Source of the DNA: Bacteroidales bacterium | GTDB taxonomy: Bacteria > Bacteroidota > Bacteroidia > Bacteroidales > UBA7960 | NCBI GenBank assembly: GCA_007134525.1 | Contig: SLKR01000083.1 | Span: forward strand, 1 to 57,817 | Length of the DNA stretch: 57,817 nt | Direction: 5' to 3' | In this document: one piece after another, positions 9,930 to 16,868 of the stretch | Layout of the letters: the number at the start of each line of letters is the position of its first letter | How positions within the stretch are numbered: the first letter of the stretch is position 1 | Position numbers and translations under genes: made by a program | Notes under the pieces: model-generated | The model's database searches: none | Told to the model about the DNA's origin: nothing | The model's input: only the letters and a program-made list of their open reading frames with translations

Positions 9930-11471
9930 ATGGCAAAAACAAAAAACGACAAATACAGGGAACTTGACAGGCTCAACCAGGAGGCCGAGCTTGGAGGCGG
10001 GAAAGAAAGGATAGCCAAAATCCATGAATCCGGCAGGAAAACTGCACGCGAGCGCATTGCCGACCTGCTCGACCCGGATACTTTTGTTGAGATAGACAAG
10101 CTTGTGGTACACCGGAGCCACGATTTCGGGATGGAAAAACAAAGGATCCCGGGAGACGGAATGGTCACAGGGTACGGAAAAATAGACGGCAGGCTGGTGT
10201 ATGTATATGCCCAGGATTTTTCGGTTTTCGGGGGTTCATTAAGCCGGGCCAATGCCGACAAGATTGTTAAGGTTCAGGAACTCTCCCTGAAAATGGGAGC
10301 ACCGCTTATAGGGCTCAACGACAGTGGGGGTGCACGCATCCAGGAGGGAGTCGAAAGCCTTGCCGGCTATGCCGACATTTTCTTGCGCAACGTAAGGGCC
10401 TCAGGAGTGGTCCCCCAGATATCTGCAATTCTTGGTCCCTGTGCTGGGGGTGCGGTCTATTCTCCCGCACTGACAGACTTTATCTTCATGACAAAGCAGA
10501 CCAGCTATATGTTCGTTACCGGCCCGGATGTGATAAGGGCCGTTACCCACGAGGAGGTTACCAAGAACGAACTGGGAGGGGCGACCACACACAATAGTAA
10601 AAGCGGTGTTGCACATTTCCGTGCTGACGACGACAGCCAGGCAATGATGATGATACGTGAGCTTTTCGGGTTCCTGCCTTCAAACAATATGGAAGATCCT
10701 CCGGTTAAGCCATGCACAGATTCAGCCCACCGCAGCGACAACAAACTGAGTGATCTTGTACCCGACAACCCCAACAAGGCATATGATATAAAGGAGATAA
10801 TTGTGAGCGTGGCCGATGATCACAATTTCCTTGAAGTACAGCAGTTCTATGCACCTAACATTGTAATAGGGTTCGGCCGCCTGAACGGTAAACCGGTAGG
10901 CTTTGTAGCAAACCAGCCTGCTGCAATGGCAGGTGTGCTTGATATCGACGCCTCATTAAAAGCAGCACGTTTTGTAAGGTTCTGTGATGCATTCAATATA
11001 CCCCTGATAACATTTGCCGACGTACCGGGATTCCTCCCGGGGAGCGACCAGGAGTTCGGGGGTATAATAAAGCACGGGGCAAAGCTTATTTATGCATATG
11101 CGGAGGCTACTGTTCCTAAAATTACTGTTATTACAAGAAAAGCCTATGGTGGTGCATACTGTGTGATGTCGAGCAAGCATCTGGGGGGTGACATTAATTA
11201 TGCATACCCTACGGCGGAAATCGCTGTTATGGGCCCGGAAGGTGCCGTAAATATTCTATATCGCAATAAGCTGAATGAACAGCAGAGGCAAATGGCAATC
11301 GAAGATTACAGGACTAGGTTCTGCAACCCCTACAAGGCAGCAGGCCTGGGTTACATCGACGAGGTGATTCAGCCCGCCAATACCAGGCTTAAGCTGATAC
11401 AGGCCCTTGAAATGACCGAGAACAAAAGGGATATAACACCAGCCAAGAAGCACGGAAATTTACCGCTTTAA
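9930..11471 (+). CDS. Acyl-CoA carboxylase carboxyltransferase subunit (PccB/MmdA-like)
   Basis: DSGGARIQEG, GPCAGGAVY, DVPGFLPG, RKAYGGAY, KKHGNLPL. Confidence 0.93.
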   Translation: MAKTKNDKYRELDRLNQEAELGGGKERIAKIHESGRKTARERIADLLDPDTFVEIDKLVVHRSHDFGMEKQRIPGDGMVTGYGKIDGRLVYVYAQDFSVFGGSLSRANADKIVKVQELSLKMGAPLIGLNDSGGARIQEGVESLAGYADIFLRNVRASGVVPQISAILGPCAGGAVYSPALTDFIFMTKQTSYMFVTGPDVIRAVTHEEVTKNELGGATTHNSKSGVAHFRADDDSQAMMMIRELFGFLPSNNMEDPPVKPCTDSAHRSDNKLSDLVPDNPNKAYDIKEIIVSVADDHNFLEVQQFYAPNIVIGFGRLNGKPVGFVANQPAAMAGVLDIDASLKAARFVRFCDAFNIPLITFADVPGFLPGSDQEFGGIIKHGAKLIYAYAEATVPKITVITRKAYGGAYCVMSSKHLGGDINYAYPTAEIAVMGPEGAVNILYRNKLNEQQRQMAIEDYRTRFCNPYKAAGLGYIDEVIQPANTRLKLIQALEMTENKRDITPAKKHGNLPL

Positions 11472-11480
11472 AAAAATTAT

Positions 11481-11488
11481 TATATTTG
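11481..11488 (+). promoter_or_regulatory. Bacteroidota -7 promoter (TATATTTG) for tRNA-Val
   Basis: Exact TAnnTTTG 20 nt upstream of the tRNA. Confidence 0.7.
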
Positions 11489-11508
11489 CCATCCCTGCGA
11501 AAACACAC

Positions 11509-11583
11509 GGGGCGTTAGCTCAGTTGGTTCAGAGCGCATGCTTGACAGGCATGAGGTCGCTGGTTCGATTCCAGCACGTCCCA
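11509..11583 (+). tRNA. tRNA-Val(GAC)
   Basis: Cloverleaf: acceptor GGGGCGT/ACGTCCC, D arm GCTC/GAGC, anticodon arm CATGC-TTGACAG-GCATG, T arm GCTGG-TTCGATT-CCAGC. Confidence 0.97.
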
Positions 11584-11587
11584 CAAA

Positions 11588-11632
11588 ATAAAAGGCAGTT
11601 ACACAGATAAAAGTGTAGCTGCTTTTTTATTT
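11588..11632 (+). terminator. Intrinsic terminator-like hairpin after tRNA-Val
   Basis: AAAAGGCAGTTACAC-agataaaa-GTGTAGCTGCTTTTTT stem with a T-tract. Confidence 0.75.
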
Positions 11633-12032
11633 GCATACAACCTCTGTTTTTCTCCTCCCTGATTAAAGCCACTTTTAACTCTTATTAAGCATACCAAATA
11701 CATATAGTAAATCTGTTAAGGGCACTACAGTTAAAGTGTAAACGGTAAGTTACTGTACTAATTTGGTTCAACAAATATTGTCCAGCGAATTAGGGGGTTA
11801 AGACACTATTTGTGGGGAGGTGTTTGCCAATGTCGACACTGGTAACCTGAGGTTAGATTTAATAAGTTTGTCCGTAGCGACCTTATTACCTATCTTTATA
11901 CTTATTACCAGTCAAGTTCCTTCTTCAGCAAATAAGGGGGGGGTATAAGCTCAGATCTTCGGTGTATTGTTTAAATGACCCGGTCCTTTCAGCATTTGAC
12001 TTACTAATTGTATTATTTAAAACCCACACAAC

Positions 12033-13016
12033 ATGAATGAACAGGAAATCATTTTCCGCCGCAATATGGAACGGCTGAGAAAAAACTTTAAAAAGATAAT
12101 AATAGGGGTAATTGTAATTATAGCAGCTCTTACCTCTGTAAAGACCATCGGGCCCGAAGAGGAAGGGGTGGTACTGTTTCTGGGCAAGTATAACCGCAGC
12201 ATGCCACCGGGGCTGACTTTTATTGTTCCTTTCGGCCTTGAAAAAATGTACAAAATACCGGTACAGAGACAGCTGAAGCAGGAGTTCGGCTTCAGGACAG
12301 TGGATGCTGGGGTACGCACATCCTATGCAAAAGACGCTTACCGTGATGAATCCCTTATGCTTACAGGCGACCTCAACCTCGGAGATGTTGAATGGGTGGT
12401 ACAATACCGCATTGTAAACTCATACAACTACCTTTTCAGGGTAAGGGAGGCCGAAGACGCCCTGCACGACATGTCTGAGGCTGCAATGAGAAAGATAGTA
12501 GGAGACAGGACCGTCAACGAGGTGCTCACTGTCGGAAGACAGGAGGTGGCATCCAGTGTAGAAGTGCTGCTGCAGAGAATGTGCAATGAGTATGAGAACG
12601 GTATCAGAATAGACCAGGTAGTATTGCAGGATGTCAACCCCCCGGATCCGGTCAAGCCCTCATTCAATGCAGTAAACGAAGCACAGCAGGAGAGGGAGAC
12701 ACTTATCAACCGTGCAGAATCTGAATACAACCGGGTAATACCACGTGCAAGGGGCGAAGCCCAGGAAACAATCCAGCTTGCAGAGGCCTATGCCCTGAAC
12801 CGGGTAAACAGGGCAGAAGGTGAGGCAGAAAGATTCAACTCAGTTTACACTCAATATATAAGGGCTCCCGAAGTTACTAAAAAACGCCTCTATCTTGAGA
12901 CCATGGAGCGCATTCTGCCAAACCTCGGAAACAAGGTCATTATCGATGAAGACGGCACAAATGTGCTTCCCCTTCTTAATATTGACGGAATCAGACAAAG
13001 CCTGCAGGCAGAATAA
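12033..13016 (+). CDS. hflK: FtsH protease modulator HflK (SPFH family)
   Basis: Single TM, then MLTGDLN, VEWVVQYRI, VVLQDVNPP, VIPRARGEA, APEVTKKRLYLETME. Confidence 0.93.
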   Translation: MNEQEIIFRRNMERLRKNFKKIIIGVIVIIAALTSVKTIGPEEEGVVLFLGKYNRSMPPGLTFIVPFGLEKMYKIPVQRQLKQEFGFRTVDAGVRTSYAKDAYRDESLMLTGDLNLGDVEWVVQYRIVNSYNYLFRVREAEDALHDMSEAAMRKIVGDRTVNEVLTVGRQEVASSVEVLLQRMCNEYENGIRIDQVVLQDVNPPDPVKPSFNAVNEAQQERETLINRAESEYNRVIPRARGEAQETIQLAEAYALNRVNRAEGEAERFNSVYTQYIRAPEVTKKRLYLETMERILPNLGNKVIIDEDGTNVLPLLNIDGIRQSLQAE

Positions 13017-13054
13017 ACCAGCTATAAAAAAGAAAACATAAAATATCTTTCATT

Positions 13055-13993
13055 ATGAAGACCAAACATATAACACTGTTAATATCAGCCGTAGTAATTG
13101 TAATACTTGCCCTTAGCAGTGTATTCATCCTCGATGAAACACAGCAGGCGATAGTAACACAGTTCGGCAAACCCGTCGGAGGACCACGAACAGAACCCGG
13201 ACTGCAGTTCAAGACCCCCATTATACACAAGGTGCAATATTTTGATAAACGCTACCTGAAATGGGACGGTGACCCAAACCAGGTTCCGACACAGGACAAG
13301 AAGTTCATCCACGTTGATACCTATGCCCGCTGGCAGATCACAGACCCCCTGCAGTTCTTCATTCGCCTCAGGGATGAGCGGTCAGGACAGTCCCGCCTGG
13401 ATGACATACTCGACGGGGAGACACGCAATGCCGTAGCAAGCCATGAGCTTCTGGATCTGGTGCGGTCAACCAACCGCACGCCAGAGGTATATGAAGACTA
13501 CCTTGAGGATATAGAAGTGCTTGAAGACATTACAGTAGGAAGAGAGGAGATCGAAGCGATAGTACTCGAAAGGGCAAATGAACGTACCGCCGATCTTGGC
13601 ATAGTTATACTTGATTTTCGCTTCAAGCGTATGAACTATGTAACAGAGGTAAGGGAAAGGGTATACGACCGCATGATAAGTGAGCGCAACAGGATAGCAG
13701 ACCAGTTCCGGTCAGAGGGAGAGGGTGAAGCCAGAAAAATAGAGGGTGACAAGGAACGTGACCTTGCGCAGATACAGTCAGAGGCCATACGCGAGGCAGA
13801 GATAATTCGCGGAAGGGCCGATGCCAGGGCAACTGAAGTCTACGCCTCCGCTTATAACAGGAATAATGCATCAAGGGAACTCTACAGTTTTCTAAGATCG
13901 CTTGAAGCACTCGAGAAATCGCTTGATAGCAACACCAGCGTTATATTAACTACTGATAATGAGTTGTTCAGGCTTATGAAGGAGGTTTTTTAA
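13055..13993 (+). CDS. hflC: FtsH protease modulator HflC (SPFH family)
   Basis: QAIVTQFGKP, PGLQFKTP, VDTYARWQITDP, VYDRMISER, FRSEGEG, FLRSLEA. Confidence 0.93.
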   Translation: MKTKHITLLISAVVIVILALSSVFILDETQQAIVTQFGKPVGGPRTEPGLQFKTPIIHKVQYFDKRYLKWDGDPNQVPTQDKKFIHVDTYARWQITDPLQFFIRLRDERSGQSRLDDILDGETRNAVASHELLDLVRSTNRTPEVYEDYLEDIEVLEDITVGREEIEAIVLERANERTADLGIVILDFRFKRMNYVTEVRERVYDRMISERNRIADQFRSEGEGEARKIEGDKERDLAQIQSEAIREAEIIRGRADARATEVYASAYNRNNASRELYSFLRSLEALEKSLDSNTSVILTTDNELFRLMKEVF

Positions 13994-14031
13994 CTGCTAA
14001 CTATACTCCTTTTACATTTGGTAATAGTAGC

Positions 14032-14068
14032 TGTCCGATACCGGGCACCAAATGTCCTTTATAGGACA
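14032..14068. promoter_or_regulatory. Tandem 16-bp palindromes (TGTCCGATACCGGGCA and TGTCCTTTATAGGACA), candidate enhancer-binding-protein sites
   Basis: Two TGTCC-N6-GGACA-type inverted repeats at 14032-14047 and 14053-14068, 21 bp apart, upstream of a sigma54-like promoter. Confidence 0.7.
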
Positions 14069-14133
14069 CTTATATTGTCAGGTCATGGCCGGCATATCGC
14101 TGTATATTGCTGATAATCCGGCATAAGGGGATA

Positions 14134-14148
14134 TGGCCTGAATTTTGA
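14134..14148 (+). promoter_or_regulatory. Candidate sigma54 (-24/-12) promoter TGGCCTGAATTTTGA
   Basis: TGGC...TTGA with exactly 10 nt between GG and G(A). Consensus is GG-N10-GC, so the -12 is a variant. Confidence 0.6.
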
Positions 14149-14176
14149 TATGACCTGGGCATAAATGTATTCTCCT

Positions 14177-16537
14177 ATGAAGTTCTTCAATACTCTCAAA
14201 ATTGGCCTGCGAAACCTGTTGCGGGAACGATTCTATACTTTTTTGAATATCCTTGGATTTGCCTGTGGTATCACGGTGTTTGCCTTTGTAAGCATCTATG
14301 TGATCGACCAGTATCTTTACGATCGCGTCCACGAAGATGCGGATAGGATTTACCGCCTGGAAGCATACGCAGAGGCCGGGGACTGGGCACTTACCGGAAC
14401 CATGCAGGGGCCTTACCTGAAGGATAATTATCCGGAGGTGGAAGAAATGCTGCGTGTTAACTCATATATGTTCAGCCAGTCGGATGTAATGGTGGGTGAT
14501 GAACCCTTTCATATTCCTGATATCATAATTGCGGATACCACTTTTTTTGATTTTTTCAGGACGGAGTTTATCCGCGGGAACCCCCGGTTTGCACTCACAG
14601 ATAAGTACTCTTTGGTGATCACCCGCAGGCAGGCGGAAAATATGTTCGGCCACACCGATGTAGTAGGCCAGACAGTGAACATGATGGGGCAACTGCCACT
14701 GAAGATTACCGGGGTGATCGAAAACCCCACCCACACCCACCTGCCTTTTGAAGCGGTTGCACCGATAGTGCTTTGGGAGGATTTTAGCAATGATGAGGAT
14801 GTTCTGAATTCGTTCGGACAGTGGAACAATTTCACTTTCCTGCGACTTCAGCCCGGGGTCAACATCAAAGAACTGGAGGAAAAAATTAACGAGAGGTTCA
14901 AACAGCTTCTTTTTGATATGATAGGGGGTGAGATGCAGCTTGATTATTACCTGCGGCCCCTGACAGATATCTATTTTGCCAATGAGGTGACCTTCCAGCC
15001 GTCAGTGAACCTGGGCAACCGCCGTACAGTGAATGCATTTGCCCTTATTGCTGTATTTGTACTGGGCATTGCGGTTATCAACTTTGTGAACCTTTCAACT
15101 GCCCGTGCCTTTAACCGTTCCAAAGAAGTCGGGATTAAAAAACTGCTTGGAGGGACAAGGCCGCAACTGATTTTCCAGTTTCTGGCGGAATCGGTGCTGA
15201 CCACCGCAATTGCCGTATTGCTGTCACTGGCATTGCTGGAATTTTTGTTCCCTAGCTTCAGGGACCTTACCGGCACGAATCTGCACCTGATGGACCTTGG
15301 CCTGCCCCTGGCGGTTCTGGTCATCGTTCTGGGAGTATTGTTGGTTGGCTTTTTGTCGGGGATTTACCCTTCGTTCTACCTGACATCTTTTCAGCCTGCA
15401 GCCGTGCTCAAGGGGCAGAAAATTCCCGGGAAGGGGGGTTCCTTGTTCAGGAAGCTGCTGATCGTTTTCCAGTTTGGGGTTTCAGTGGCCCTGGTATCAG
15501 GCACCATAATTGTTTTCCAGCAGATTGCCCACATGAAAAACCAACCACTTGGATTTGAGGCTGGCAATGTGGTTTTCTTTGATTTCGACCCCTCTGACAG
15601 AAAGGAGGCTTTCAGGGAGGCTGCCAGGGAGCATCCCGATGTACTTGAGGTGAGCTTTTCCAATGCAGTACCGGGCGGGGTTCAGTGGCAGGATGGAGTT
15701 GAGGTTAACGGGGTCCGCAAACAGGTAAACTTTTTGCCGGTTCACGCCAATTTCCTTTCCATGCTGGGAATAGAGCCCATTGCAGGTCGTCATTTTGACC
15801 CCGATATTCGGTCAGAGCACCGGGAAGTGGCAATAATCAATGAATACGCTGTCAATTACCTGGAGCTGGAGGGAAGTTATGATGAAGTGATCGGAAAGGA
15901 GGTAAAAGACATTAAAATAGTAGGGATTGTGCCCGACTTTTATTTCAACTCTCCGCATCAGGCCCTGGGGCCGCTGGTAGTTTACTGGGATGAATTTACT
16001 TCATTCAAAGCCTCGGTGAAGATAAGCGGACACAATACCCCGGAAGTGATGAACCATCTTGAGGCCTTAAACAGGGAGTTTATGCCGCACCGTACTTTCA
16101 GGGCAGAGTTTTTGGACACCTTTTTTAACCGGCATTATGCTGATGATGAAAGATTTGGCACCATTGTGCTTCTATTTGCGGTGTTTGCCCTGTTGATAGC
16201 CTGCCTGGGCTTGTTTGGCCTGGCCTCTTATATGGTTGGTCAGCGTACCAGGGAGGTTTCCATCCGTAAGGTTATGGGGGCTGCCTCCTTACGGATTTAT
16301 GCATTACTGCTGAAAGATTTTCTGTTGTTGGTTGCCATTGGATTTATCCTGGCTGTACCGGTTGTATGGTTTTTTATGGGCAAATGGCTGGGTACTTTTC
16401 CATATGCGATCCAAATCAGCATCACCCCGTTTCTACTGGGGGGCTTGTTTGCCATGGTTATCACCATTCTTACTGTAAGTTACCATGCATTAAGGCTTTC
16501 TAAGACCAATCCCGCAGAAGCGCTGAAATACGAATAA
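14177..16537 (+). CDS. ABC transporter permease, MacB/FtsX type (duplicated MacB-PCD + FtsX domains)
   Basis: INFVNLSTARA..RSKEVGIKK, LIVFQF, IACLGLFGL..QRTREVSIRKVMGA, C-terminal NPAEALKYE. Alternative ATG at 14165. Confidence 0.92.
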   Translation: MKFFNTLKIGLRNLLRERFYTFLNILGFACGITVFAFVSIYVIDQYLYDRVHEDADRIYRLEAYAEAGDWALTGTMQGPYLKDNYPEVEEMLRVNSYMFSQSDVMVGDEPFHIPDIIIADTTFFDFFRTEFIRGNPRFALTDKYSLVITRRQAENMFGHTDVVGQTVNMMGQLPLKITGVIENPTHTHLPFEAVAPIVLWEDFSNDEDVLNSFGQWNNFTFLRLQPGVNIKELEEKINERFKQLLFDMIGGEMQLDYYLRPLTDIYFANEVTFQPSVNLGNRRTVNAFALIAVFVLGIAVINFVNLSTARAFNRSKEVGIKKLLGGTRPQLIFQFLAESVLTTAIAVLLSLALLEFLFPSFRDLTGTNLHLMDLGLPLAVLVIVLGVLLVGFLSGIYPSFYLTSFQPAAVLKGQKIPGKGGSLFRKLLIVFQFGVSVALVSGTIIVFQQIAHMKNQPLGFEAGNVVFFDFDPSDRKEAFREAAREHPDVLEVSFSNAVPGGVQWQDGVEVNGVRKQVNFLPVHANFLSMLGIEPIAGRHFDPDIRSEHREVAIINEYAVNYLELEGSYDEVIGKEVKDIKIVGIVPDFYFNSPHQALGPLVVYWDEFTSFKASVKISGHNTPEVMNHLEALNREFMPHRTFRAEFLDTFFNRHYADDERFGTIVLLFAVFALLIACLGLFGLASYMVGQRTREVSIRKVMGAASLRIYALLLKDFLLLVAIGFILAVPVVWFFMGKWLGTFPYAIQISITPFLLGGLFAMVITILTVSYHALRLSKTNPAEALKYE

Positions 16538-16594
16538 GAAGGAAAAAATTTGTATCTTTATTAGTCAGTACCAAATTAATTAAATCTCTATATC

Positions 16595-16852
16595 ATGAAA
16601 TTTGTAAAAGCATTGTTCGGACTTACCGCCGCAGCAGGGGTTGGTGCACTGGTAGGTGTTTTATTCGCACCAAAAAAAGGCTCTGAAACAAGGAAAGACC
16701 TGGCCAAAAAGCAGAAGGAGTATGAAAAGACACTGAAAAAAGAATACAATAAGTCAATTGACCAGGTGGCTGATGGTATCAAAAATGCAGACAAGAAAGT
16801 GTCTGAAGCCGCCGATAACCTTAAGGATCAGATCAGCGACAAGAAAATCTGA
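16595..16852 (+). CDS. YtxH-domain protein
   Basis: GALVGVLFAPKKGSETRK followed by a charged coiled coil. Confidence 0.85.
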   Translation: MKFVKALFGLTAAAGVGALVGVLFAPKKGSETRKDLAKKQKEYEKTLKKEYNKSIDQVADGIKNADKKVSEAADNLKDQISDKKI

Positions 16853-16868
16853 TACCCCCGCGGTCATT

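Noticed and set aside
11936-11943. G8 tract upstream of hflK as a phase-variation site
   Set aside because: It is a single short homopolymer with no evidence that it lies within a promoter spacer.
11790-11948. Short open frame (..GEVFANVDTGNLRL..) in the post-tRNA gap
   Set aside because: It has no convincing start and no recognisable family, and is too short to support a call.
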